A stretch of 64,000 nucleotides of DNA from a virus: the IMG/VR virus record IMGVR_UViG_3300045988_137103. One strand, given 5' to 3'. Positions within the stretch are counted from its first letter, which is position 1; each line of letters opens with the position of its first letter. The position numbers were made by a program, and so were the translations under genes. A model generated the notes under the pieces. It ran no database searches. It saw only the letters and a program-made list of their open reading frames with translations, and was not told the DNA's origin. Below, piece after piece: positions 31,842 through 40,004 of the stretch.

Positions 31842-33227
31842 ATGAAAACAGATGGCTACATTCTTACTCCAGAGCTGCTGCAGTGGCGTTACTTTCATCG
31901 TCCGGTGGTGGTACAGGTGCTCATCTATGTGCTCCTGTCTGCCACCCACAATGAGGCTTCCGCTGCTACGCTCTCCTTACGTCTGTTGGCTGATCGGCTC
32001 CATACCTCTGTCAAGTCTATCCGCTGTGCCATCGATGTTCTCATACAGGAACGAATCATCACGAAATGCAGCTCTCCCAAAGCCTCAACAATCGTGTATG
32101 TTAACAGTTCGCATCCCCTCTCCCACTGCATCCTACCATACCAAAACCCACTTGGGGCACAGAATGGGGCACTCTTTGGGGCACAGATAGGGGCACAATC
32201 AGGGGCACAGATTTTAACTTCACAAGTTACTGATACACAAGGTTGTGCAGCATATCTTCAAGACAACAAGGGCACAGATAGGGGCACGATTAAGGGCAAA
32301 GATGGGGCACGCTCTAGGGCACACCCTAAACAAGGGGCACGCCAAAAGGCACAGTCTAGGGCACAGATTAACAATCCCGAAACCCCTTTAAATAAAGGTG
32401 ATTCCGAAGATTCTGCCGAAGTTGAGGGCACAGATAAGGGCAAGGGTAAGGGCACAGAAGTAAGAGGAAAGAAACAAATAAAAGAAAACATTTCCCCCGA
32501 ACCCCCTATAAAAGAAAACAAACAAAGAAAGGAGAAAGCCCACACCCACACACAAAAAAAAGAAAAAGAAAAAAAGTCGCAGGATCCGGAAGTTCAGTTC
32601 TCGGAAGTGCTAAGACTCTTCAATCGCCTATTCCTGGGCACGCAGGTCAAGCCAATCTCAAAGATGACTCCCGACCGCAAGAAGATGGTAGCCAAGTTTA
32701 TCTCAGACTACTCCTTCGAGGATATAGAACCAATGCTTCGCAAGGCTCTCAACTCAGATCTTCTCTCAGGGCGCAAGGATGGTGGATGCTATATCTCCTT
32801 CAACTGGATCTTCAATCCGAAGAACTACGAGGCTCTGATGGAAGGTACCTTCGACAACCCTACAGTTGCAGCCTCAGCCGGGAAGAAGCCTCAGCCTTCA
32901 AGTTCTCCACCATCTGCTCCTCCACAGCCTCAACGCGAGGAGACTAACGAGGAAATAGAAGCTCGCCTAAGAATGAAAGAAGAGCGCAAGAAGGAATTGA
33001 AGAAAGAACAGACCGAAGCCCTACGGCAGAAGTATCTAGGCTGGATAGAAGCCGCCAAGAAGAACCCGAATGGTTCCATGGCAAAGATGGTAAAAGATGC
33101 CTACAAGAATGGCACTCTAGCCAAACTGGGCATCGTCTGGAATCCATCGGTGGCAGAAGAAGAACAGTCACTGGCCGACTTGGATGATAAGACACAGAGT
33201 TATCTCCAGTCTCTCCTCGGCGACTAA
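31842..33227 (+). CDS. Putative replication initiator / replisome organiser (461 aa)
   Basis: N-terminal winged-helix-like segment (LADRLHTSVKSIRCAIDVLIQERII). Central Gly/Ala/Gln/Lys low-complexity region encoded by the iterons. The C-terminal module (ISFNWIFNPKNYEALMEG) is reminiscent of DnaD or phage O-type C-termini. Confidence 0.5.
   Translation: MKTDGYILTPELLQWRYFHRPVVVQVLIYVLLSATHNEASAATLSLRLLADRLHTSVKSIRCAIDVLIQERIITKCSSPKASTIVYVNSSHPLSHCILPYQNPLGAQNGALFGAQIGAQSGAQILTSQVTDTQGCAAYLQDNKGTDRGTIKGKDGARSRAHPKQGARQKAQSRAQINNPETPLNKGDSEDSAEVEGTDKGKGKGTEVRGKKQIKENISPEPPIKENKQRKEKAHTHTQKKEKEKKSQDPEVQFSEVLRLFNRLFLGTQVKPISKMTPDRKKMVAKFISDYSFEDIEPMLRKALNSDLLSGRKDGGCYISFNWIFNPKNYEALMEGTFDNPTVAASAGKKPQPSSSPPSAPPQPQREETNEEIEARLRMKEERKKELKKEQTEALRQKYLGWIEAAKKNPNGSMAKMVKDAYKNGTLAKLGIVWNPSVAEEEQSLADLDDKTQSYLQSLLGD
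32154..32460 (+). repeat. Iteron-like array of about 13 GGGCAC cores (consensus RGGGCACAGAT) plus variants
   Basis: Cores start at 32154, 32166, 32178, 32190, 32202, 32270, 32281, 32304, 32317, 32334, 32359, 32426 and 32450. GGGCAA and AGGCAC variants lie between them. All are within the initiator-like ORF. Confidence 0.6.
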
Positions 33228-33261
33228 GATACAAGTAATAAACAATTTAATTCATACGATT

Positions 33262-33840
33262 ATGGACAGACAAGAATTAATCGACCGCCTCAGCGGAAAT
33301 CATTCTGAATACACCAAGAAATCTGCTACCAAACAGAAGAAGGTGCAACATGAAGGGCAGCTACAGATAGCTTGTGTACGCTGGTTCCGGCTTCAGTACC
33401 CGGCTTATGCCTCTCTCCTCTTCCATCCCAAGAATGAGGCAGATGGTGCTACCAGTGGTAAGAAGATAGCCATCAACGCTGCATCAGGAGTTGTGCCGGG
33501 CGTTCCAGATCTCATCCTGGCTCTCCCTTCATACAAGAATGGCAAAAATGGAGTTATCAACAGGGGTACAGAAGTATTCTACGGCTTGGGCATTGAATTG
33601 AAGTATGGCAAGACAAACAATCAGACAGCTCATCAGAAACGTTTCCAGGGCTACTGGCAGTGTGCTGGCTATAAATACGCCCTCTGTCGATCTCTGGAAG
33701 ACTTTATCAAAGTAGTCAATGATTACATGCTGTCAGTTGATTTAGGCATCCTTAAGGAAATAAGTTCTTACCATCAGAGCAACGATGATACAGAACACAA
33801 CAAGCAAGTATTAAACAAAATCATTAAAAACAAGAAGTAA
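33262..33840 (+). CDS. VRR-NUC domain nuclease
   Basis: GVVPGVPDLILALP followed by GLGIELKYGKTNNQTAHQKRFQ, a PD-(D/E)xK pattern typical of VRR-NUC. Start taken at MDRQELI (33262). Confidence 0.7.
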   Translation: MDRQELIDRLSGNHSEYTKKSATKQKKVQHEGQLQIACVRWFRLQYPAYASLLFHPKNEADGATSGKKIAINAASGVVPGVPDLILALPSYKNGKNGVINRGTEVFYGLGIELKYGKTNNQTAHQKRFQGYWQCAGYKYALCRSLEDFIKVVNDYMLSVDLGILKEISSYHQSNDDTEHNKQVLNKIIKNKK

Positions 33841-33841
33841 T

Positions 33842-34069
33842 ATGGAAATCGGATTTATCATTATCATGGTGTGCCTTGTATATATTGCCGGCACATTCGT
33901 ATATCTAGTATACCACCATAACCATCGCTCATGCAAGAACTGCAAGTTCTTCCACCCTAAGGCTGACAGTAAGTACAGCGGAACATGCAATGGCTTCGGC
34001 CATCATCGCTTTCACTGGGAATGCTGTGGGGAATGGAAACGTAAAACTACCAAACAGGATGAACTTTAA
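33842..34069 (+). CDS. Small membrane / Cys-His-rich protein (75 aa)
   Basis: N-terminal TM helix, then CKNCKFFHP...CNGFGHHRFHWECCGEW. Confidence 0.55.
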   Translation: MEIGFIIIMVCLVYIAGTFVYLVYHHNHRSCKNCKFFHPKADSKYSGTCNGFGHHRFHWECCGEWKRKTTKQDEL

Positions 34070-34081
34070 AATCATACATCT

Positions 34082-34648
34082 ATGGGCAATTACATCAAAC
34101 AAAACCTGATGCAGCCAACACCATCGGTTGCTGAGCAGGAGCAAATGAGGATGTGCAAGTTCTGTGTACATAGCCACATCAGCGACCTCGGCTACAACCA
34201 TTGCTGGAAGTCAGATAGTGCTAATTACAACGGAGATTCCCCTACAGGCGTCTGCTGGTCTTTCAGAGATAATCGGATATGGAAGCCCTATTATTTCTCT
34301 AGACTCATGTCTAGCTACAGGGGGAATATCTGCTGGGTAAGACCGATTTACAGCTCTTCTAAAAAGAGAAAGAACCGTATTATCCAATACGAAGTCGTCG
34401 ACCCGGTAGCCTCAACAATAGATAAAGTTTCCCCCAAGGAGTTCGCTAGGGATTACATTCCAGCCACACCTGGCTCCAAGCCTCCACATACGATGAAGGA
34501 GTATGAGAAATGGGACACCTATTGTTTCGGTGGCTACGATTCACAGCTTTCAGAAAAACAGGAGGCAAGAAATTATCATGAAGCCAACTGGCAGCAAATC
34601 CTTGCTCAGGAAGCAATAGAAGAACAATTAAAACAAGAAGCAATATGA
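34082..34648 (+). CDS. Hypothetical protein (188 aa)
   Basis: ATG ORF whose stop overlaps the next start (ATGA at 34645). Confidence 0.6.
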   Translation: MGNYIKQNLMQPTPSVAEQEQMRMCKFCVHSHISDLGYNHCWKSDSANYNGDSPTGVCWSFRDNRIWKPYYFSRLMSSYRGNICWVRPIYSSSKKRKNRIIQYEVVDPVASTIDKVSPKEFARDYIPATPGSKPPHTMKEYEKWDTYCFGGYDSQLSEKQEARNYHEANWQQILAQEAIEEQLKQEAI

Positions 34649-34905
34649 AGAAAAGATATTTTTATGTAGTCGCATCATTCATGCGCAAAGACATAGCCAA
34701 CACATGGCGTAAGGTTGACTTTACAATCATGAAGGATGATGGCTCATCATTGTTTCCTCTTATGGAGGCTATCAGAGTGATTAATGAAGGATATTCAGAG
34801 ATTGCTGATCCTGCAACTATCCAGTTCGACAATTACCTTGAAATTAGCAAGGAAGACTACGAGGCTTACAACAAACTCAATAATTTAGTCAAAAAGAATA
34901 AGTAG
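34645..34905 (+). CDS. Hypothetical protein (86 aa)
   Basis: ATG ORF ending in the conserved TAGCGTATG junction. Confidence 0.55.
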   Translation: MKKRYFYVVASFMRKDIANTWRKVDFTIMKDDGSSLFPLMEAIRVINEGYSEIADPATIQFDNYLEISKEDYEAYNKLNNLVKKNK

Positions 34906-34908
34906 CGT

Positions 34909-35022
34909 ATGAAAAGAACAATGATGACAGTTGATGAGTATTTATCTTTTATGAAAAAGTTAGAGAATGCTGCAAAGCGACATAAAAGAATAATTATTTT
35001 GAAAACTAGGAAGATTTGGTAA
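34909..35022 (+). CDS. Very small ORF (37 aa)
   Basis: Starts at the TAGCGTATG junction. Followed immediately by hairpin repeat copy 2. Confidence 0.3.
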   Translation: MKRTMMTVDEYLSFMKKLENAAKRHKRIIILKTRKIW

Positions 35023-35025
35023 AAT

Positions 35026-35059
35026 CCACCGTTCCCAGCGATTCTATCGCTGGTCCCTC
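35026..35059 (+). repeat. Conserved-flank hairpin, copy 2 (CCACCGTTCC-CAGCGAT-TCT-ATCGCTG-GTCCCTC)
   Basis: Same flanks and loop as copy 1. Two stem positions are changed compensatorily (A-T to C-G and G-C to A-T). Confidence 0.6.
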
Positions 35060-35076
35060 AAAAAGAATATAAGCGT

Positions 35077-35409
35077 ATGACAAAGGAAGAATATGAAGAA
35101 ATGCGTAACACCATCGACTCCGTAGGCAAATACTTCAATTCCATCGAAGAGCTAACCAAGGTCAGAGATCTTGTAGAAGAAGTAGATGCATCAAACAACA
35201 TGGCTATGCTAGAAAGCCCTATAAAGCTGAATATATCCCTCGAGGGAATATGCCGTGTTGCAAACGAAGACATCACCAAGTATCTTGATGCAGAAACAAT
35301 TCTCTACATCAGAAATGCCATCCTACGAAGATTAAATGGCCGTATCGCATTCTTCGAAAATCAGATAGAAAACATTAATTACACCAAACGTAAAACAAAG
35401 AAAAAATAG
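35077..35409 (+). CDS. Hypothetical protein (110 aa)
   Basis: Starts at an AAGCGTATG junction and ends at a TAGCGTATG junction. Confidence 0.6.
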   Translation: MTKEEYEEMRNTIDSVGKYFNSIEELTKVRDLVEEVDASNNMAMLESPIKLNISLEGICRVANEDITKYLDAETILYIRNAILRRLNGRIAFFENQIENINYTKRKTKKK

Positions 35410-35412
35410 CGT

Positions 35413-35892
35413 ATGGAAAAGACAATTTATATACCAGGAGATCTGGTTATGACAAACGGCATTCCTATCGGAACCAAAAAGGGCATCGTTTACCAAGTCA
35501 CAGAAAGTAATGCTGACAAATGTGCAAAAGTGAAAGATGAAAATGCATTCACTGAACTGAAAGGTTCCGTCACTCTTTCCAACTTAAAAGGAAAAACCAT
35601 TAAAGATGATGGATTCCTGTTCTGTGATAGTGGTGCATGGGTGAAGGATATTGTTCCTATCCCTCTTACTCCTTCCATACTAGAGAAGAATGGGTGGAAG
35701 AGGGATGATTATGATTGGTATAGATTACCTGTAAAAAGAGCTTATCTGTACATAACTAAAGATACTGAAGTTAAGGATGAGTTCTTGGTGTGTGCAGGTT
35801 TAGAAAAGCATAACCTGGCAAGTGTTAGTTTCGTTCACGAACTTCAACACCTTTTCTATGGATTAAAAATCAACTCAGAAATGGAGATATAG
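35413..35892 (+). CDS. Hypothetical protein (159 aa)
   Basis: Bounded by TAGCGTATG junctions on both sides. Confidence 0.6.
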   Translation: MEKTIYIPGDLVMTNGIPIGTKKGIVYQVTESNADKCAKVKDENAFTELKGSVTLSNLKGKTIKDDGFLFCDSGAWVKDIVPIPLTPSILEKNGWKRDDYDWYRLPVKRAYLYITKDTEVKDEFLVCAGLEKHNLASVSFVHELQHLFYGLKINSEMEI

Positions 35893-35895
35893 CGT

Positions 35896-36045
35896 ATGAC
35901 AGAGAAAGAGTTAAAAGCCAAATTAAGAGTTGATATGCTCATCTTAGAGATAGAATCCGCATTAAATATTTCTGGCTCCAAGTACATCAATGCAGAGCAT
36001 GTCTTATCACAGTTGAGAATTATTAAACAAGAATTAGATCAATGA
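35896..36045 (+). CDS. Small coiled-coil ORF (49 aa, below the ORF-track cutoff)
   Basis: MTEKELKAKLRVDMLILEIES... Starts at a TAGCGTATG junction and ends in an ATGA overlap with the 36042 start. Confidence 0.4.
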   Translation: MTEKELKAKLRVDMLILEIESALNISGSKYINAEHVLSQLRIIKQELDQ

Positions 36046-36290
36046 AGATAAAATTAATCAAACCAACGAAGTGCGCTCAGGATGTTCACGAAACAACCAA
36101 ATATCCTCGCCCATGGTTCAAGCCAAAGCCAAAGCTTCCAGCAGGTACGACTTTGGAGGTGGGTGATGTATGGACGAATTTCGTTGGTATATATTATCGC
36201 TGTATATTGCCAGACGAAATGAAGGACAAAGGATATTCCATCCCTTACTACGACATTCCTGCCGACAAAGCAAAAGTAATAGAACTATAA
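36042..36290 (+). CDS. Hypothetical protein (82 aa)
   Basis: ATG ORF coupled to the upstream ORF. Confidence 0.55.
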   Translation: MKIKLIKPTKCAQDVHETTKYPRPWFKPKPKLPAGTTLEVGDVWTNFVGIYYRCILPDEMKDKGYSIPYYDIPADKAKVIEL

Positions 36291-36311
36291 TTATTTTAAA
36301 TATTTACAATT

Positions 36312-36992
36312 ATGGAAGTAAAAATTGCACTAATTATTTGCCTCAGCGTGGTCTTTATATTCACGCTAGGCATCGTCTCTTGCACGCTAAGAGACAAGAA
36401 CTTCAAGGCTCGATTTGACAAAAGTAACGAGCGTTTAAAGAGAATCATCAAAGAGCAGCATGATGAACTTATCTCGTACAGAGAGGCTATCAAGAAAAAT
36501 GATGCCAATCTAGAAAGATCTCTAGAGGTGTTAGCTTCTGCTTCTGATGTAATCAAAACCAGAATGTCTCGTTTGAAAGATACGGAAGAAGCTCTATCCA
36601 TGTTAAAGGTTGAAGTTGCAGACCTCAATTTGGGGCAGGATAAGTCTTTAAAGAAGATGGATGAAGCTATTCGGTCATTCTCTTCATGCGTAAAGAAAAT
36701 TGAGAATAATAATGAGGTATCATTCAAACACTTTGAACAATATCTTGTCAGTCGTCCTTCCTACCTCTCTAAGGAAGAGAAGAAGCATTTCAAGGAATAT
36801 ATGCAATCATGTGCCAGAGGCTATACATATATTAGCAATATGCCAAACAAAATGGACTTAGATTTTGTCTGTCTTGAAGATGTAGTAAAAGCACTTGAAT
36901 TTGTAGGTAGAGACCAATGGGATTCATTATACATTAAATACCCATCAGAAGAAGAATATGCCAATGGACAGAATACAGAACGAAATCAGTAA
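36312..36992 (+). CDS. Putative lipoprotein / membrane-anchored coiled-coil protein (226 aa)
   Basis: N-terminal hydrophobic segment ending in a lipobox-like GIVSC, followed by a long heptad-rich region. Confidence 0.6.
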   Translation: MEVKIALIICLSVVFIFTLGIVSCTLRDKNFKARFDKSNERLKRIIKEQHDELISYREAIKKNDANLERSLEVLASASDVIKTRMSRLKDTEEALSMLKVEVADLNLGQDKSLKKMDEAIRSFSSCVKKIENNNEVSFKHFEQYLVSRPSYLSKEEKKHFKEYMQSCARGYTYISNMPNKMDLDFVCLEDVVKALEFVGRDQWDSLYIKYPSEEEYANGQNTERNQ

Positions 36993-37194
36993 ACTTCGTC
37001 ATGAGCAGCATTTGCATGAAAGACTGCAAGAAGCCCAACTTCGACAGATAAAGCGTGAGCACGATGGTCTTCACAAGTGGATTACCATTAAGCCAAATCT
37101 CAGGCTCCTCTGCCGGATAGACGAACATGGCAAACTCCTCCCTATAGAACAGGAGCGCATTAACAAGATAAAGAAAACATTAGGCATCAAATAA
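36958..37194 (+). CDS. Hypothetical protein (78 aa)
   Basis: ATG ORF overlapping the previous gene by 35 nt. Confidence 0.5.
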   Translation: MPMDRIQNEISKLRHEQHLHERLQEAQLRQIKREHDGLHKWITIKPNLRLLCRIDEHGKLLPIEQERINKIKKTLGIK

Positions 37195-37195
37195 T

Positions 37196-37771
37196 ATGAG
37201 TGAACAGGCAGCCCTCGCATTTCGTAAGCTAGTAGCTTCTATGCGAACATTAGAAAAGCAGTATTGGGCACACCGCGATAAAGCCGCCCTCCGGAAATCC
37301 ATTGAACTGGAAAAGCGCGTTGACGATACCATCATGAAGGTTGATCCCAAAAACGTACCGCAAACAGACAATGGGAACTTCTTTATCCTGGTAGCTGAAC
37401 TTCGGGTGGCAACTAAGCAGTATTTCTCTGAGAAGAAGAAACCTGATCCTGACAAAGAACTGGTGAAGACTCTCTTTAACACCATCAAGGAGAAGGAAGC
37501 AAAGATTGATCAGCAGCTCATACGCTTTCAGGAAGAAGACTTTCGCAAACAAGGCTACACAATTCAGTACCATGTCATGGAACGTCCATACAAATGCCCT
37601 CCTCATAGCCTCTTCCAGTCCACTGATGAACAGTTGGCAAATGTGATGTTTAATGATTACTTGCGCCATCCCTCACCCGGTACAATGATCTTCATGATGA
37701 AGAAGTACATCGGCAAGGATGGTAAACCTCTCTCAGACGAAGAAATCGATAAATTAACGTATAACAATTAA
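37196..37771 (+). CDS. Hypothetical protein (191 aa)
   Basis: ATG ORF with protein-like composition. Confidence 0.6.
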   Translation: MSEQAALAFRKLVASMRTLEKQYWAHRDKAALRKSIELEKRVDDTIMKVDPKNVPQTDNGNFFILVAELRVATKQYFSEKKKPDPDKELVKTLFNTIKEKEAKIDQQLIRFQEEDFRKQGYTIQYHVMERPYKCPPHSLFQSTDEQLANVMFNDYLRHPSPGTMIFMMKKYIGKDGKPLSDEEIDKLTYNN

Positions 37772-37919
37772 AAACAAAGAATTATGAAAAAAATCAGAAA
37801 AGAAAGAAGAGTCTGCACAAAATGTTGCAGCCAAAGTAAACGTTGCAACCGAGAAAATCATCGGCACAGGCAATTACCAATCTCTCCGCTCTCGCTCCTC
37901 AACCTGGTTTGAGTGCAAA

Positions 37920-38366
37920 GTGAGATACGAAAAAACACGTGAAGATGGCTCCGAAAAAATGACAACGGAACATTACACTGTAGATGCGCTCTCTTTCACC
38001 GAAGCAGAAGCAAAAATCATTGAAGAAATGGCAGTCTACGTCTCTGGTGAACTGAGGGTAGATAACATCAACAGAGCTGCCTATGGAGAAATCTTCTTCT
38101 CCGACATCAGCGATGATGATCTCTGGTTCAAGGCTCGTCTTGCTTTCATCACCATTGATGAGAAGAGTGAAAAGGAGAAACGTTCCTACGTTACCTATCT
38201 CGTACAGGCAAAGAGTCTAGAACGTGCTCGCCGCTATATTGACGAGGTGATGGGTAAAACCATGATAGATTACGAGGTCAAAGGCCTCAACGAGACTAAT
38301 ATCATGGATGTTTTCGAACATAAATCCTCTTCTGACGAGAAAAAGGATGAGAAGTCCGAAAAATAA
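37920..38366 (+). CDS. DUF4494-like protein; 5' end uncertain (apparent frameshift at an A7 tract)
   Basis: RYEKTREDGSEKMTTEHYTVDALSFTEAEAKIIEEM...FITIDEKSEKEK...YLVQA matches my recollection of Bacteroides DUF4494. The conserved TWFECK lies upstream of the GTG at 37920. That frame is open back to 37788 but has no ATG. Confidence 0.65.
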   Translation: MRYEKTREDGSEKMTTEHYTVDALSFTEAEAKIIEEMAVYVSGELRVDNINRAAYGEIFFSDISDDDLWFKARLAFITIDEKSEKEKRSYVTYLVQAKSLERARRYIDEVMGKTMIDYEVKGLNETNIMDVFEHKSSSDEKKDEKSEK

Positions 38367-38374
38367 GTAGTAAT

Positions 38375-38413
38375 CTTGCGCATTTCGGTCTACTATGGCC
38401 GAAGTTGCGCAAG
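38375..38413 (+). terminator. Hairpin after the DUF4494-like gene, built from two TTGCGCA half-sites
   Basis: CTTGCGCA-T-TTCGG-(loop)-CCGAA-G-TTGCGCAAG. The 3' arm is the upstream element of the 38405 late promoter. Confidence 0.45.
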
Positions 38414-38449
38414 TTATCACTTTTTATTCTCATTTTTCTCGTACCTTTA
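38405..38449 (+). promoter_or_regulatory. Late-type promoter for the plus-strand block 38481-42911
   Basis: TTGCGCAA-GTTATCA, with the -7-like TACCTTTA (38442-38449) exactly 29 nt after the octamer. Confidence 0.55.
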
Positions 38450-38480
38450 CCCACATTATTAATATATAACATCATTCTAT

Positions 38481-38813
38481 ATGAAAAAGTTGAAACGTTT
38501 TATCATTTACCTACGCCTCTGGTTTATCCGCCAGATGGGGTACAATCTCCCATCCCTCCGTGAGGCTACCTTTATCGTTCCCGGTCAGCTCTATGACCAC
38601 TTTGGCCGTGTTGTCAGGGCAGTACCAAGTAAGATGCCTGCAACTGATAATGGAGACAGCAAAGAACAGGAAGAAGTGCCTGAGCATTGCCTTCAGTGCG
38701 ATCTGTACAACAAGCACATTCCTTGCTCCTTCAATCATCGCATGGCCAACGGCAACGACATCTGCGAAAAGCACCATTTCGAAATCATCTGCCTCAACTC
38801 TGGCAACATCTAA
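38481..38813 (+). CDS. Hypothetical protein (110 aa)
   Basis: First ORF after the 38405 promoter. Cys/His-rich C-terminal half. Confidence 0.6.
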   Translation: MKKLKRFIIYLRLWFIRQMGYNLPSLREATFIVPGQLYDHFGRVVRAVPSKMPATDNGDSKEQEEVPEHCLQCDLYNKHIPCSFNHRMANGNDICEKHHFEIICLNSGNI

Positions 38814-38825
38814 AGATTACTCATT

Positions 38826-39575
38826 ATGGAAAAGCAAAAACCAAGATACAAACTTGATAAGAAAACTGGTCATCTTCTGGAAATACCTTCTAAGAAGCAG
38901 GTTCGTGAAAACGTCAAGAAGATTCGTGAGCAAAAGGGAAAAGATCAGTTACCTCAATCTCCGGTCACTATTCATGAGACTCAGGCAGAGAAAAACTTCA
39001 AAAAGGTCCAGAAGGTAATCGACCGCATGCACGCCAAGGCAAAACTGCCTGATTTCCTCTCCATGGCTCGACATAAGTTCCTCTCCACCGTCTGTGTCAT
39101 CAATAAGCCGGGCAAACAGCGTAGCCTACTTCCTGATAAGAAAGGCCGCTTCGTAATGCTCTGCCATGGCAAGATGGCTAAAGTTTTCACGGCTGATGTT
39201 TGCCTTCTCGTCAAGATTCAGAAGTCCATCATCAAGAAACATGAAATGGCACCAGGTGGAGAAGTGACCACAGAGCATTGGCAGGATGGTAGCTGGAGTA
39301 TCGTTCCATGCCGGGCAGACAAGAGTAATTACACCACCATTCAGGAGGTTCGTCTTCGTCCATGGTTCTTTCTCCACCGCTACTGGTATGAGATTTCCTT
39401 CGATGGCAGAGTAGAGCCAGCTATGATGTTGAACGATTACAACCTCAACCCTACTCTCAGCAAGAAGCATTTCTATGTTACCAGAGAATACGTCAAAGTA
39501 CGAAACCAGGATGCCGAAAACGATTATTTCCGTTTCTGGCTCCACAAACCTACAGATCATGAAGCAAACAAATGA
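38826..39575 (+). CDS. Hypothetical protein (249 aa)
   Basis: ATG ORF with a basic N-terminus. Confidence 0.65.
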   Translation: MEKQKPRYKLDKKTGHLLEIPSKKQVRENVKKIREQKGKDQLPQSPVTIHETQAEKNFKKVQKVIDRMHAKAKLPDFLSMARHKFLSTVCVINKPGKQRSLLPDKKGRFVMLCHGKMAKVFTADVCLLVKIQKSIIKKHEMAPGGEVTTEHWQDGSWSIVPCRADKSNYTTIQEVRLRPWFFLHRYWYEISFDGRVEPAMMLNDYNLNPTLSKKHFYVTREYVKVRNQDAENDYFRFWLHKPTDHEANK

Positions 39576-39981
39576 TGTCATTATTCTCAATCGTCCTCGC
39601 GTACAGAAGCGAGGACTTGCCCTTAATCTGAATGGGCGTATCACTCTAAGGTCTAGTCCGTGCAAACTGCTAGACCTCAAACCGGGTGATAAGATTTGCT
39701 TCTGTCTCTATACGCCAAGTAAGCAGATGTATGTAATCAAGTCCACACCGGAGTTAGAAACTAAAGATATATGCATCAAACTGTCTGGCCGTAAGGGGCA
39801 GCTCCATGCCAGTAACGTTTCTACCGTCAGTTTCTTGCTTAGCTATATACCGAATATCCCGACTGGTACTAAGCAGATAGAACTGGTTACGGCTAATGAA
39901 ACCATCAATCTCAATGTAGATGGCGTCAGTTGTCCAGCCCTAGCGATCGTCAATAGGGCCGACAGCGAGCATTGCCGATAG
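39559..39981 (+). CDS. Hypothetical protein (140 aa), possibly AbrB/SpoVT-like N-terminus
   Basis: Start chosen at MKQTNDV (39559), overlapping the upstream stop. ITLRSSPCKLLDLKPGDKICF resembles a swapped-hairpin DNA-binding segment. Weak. Confidence 0.5.
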   Translation: MKQTNDVIILNRPRVQKRGLALNLNGRITLRSSPCKLLDLKPGDKICFCLYTPSKQMYVIKSTPELETKDICIKLSGRKGQLHASNVSTVSFLLSYIPNIPTGTKQIELVTANETINLNVDGVSCPALAIVNRADSEHCR

Positions 39982-40004
39982 TAAAATATTAAACATTAAG
40001 AAAT

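Noticed and set aside
32154-32460. The GGGCAC repeat array considered as a possible CRISPR array.
   Set aside because: The repeat unit is only 6-11 nt with irregular 1-60 nt spacing. It lies in frame inside a long ORF and no cas genes are present. An iteron or coding-repeat interpretation is preferred.
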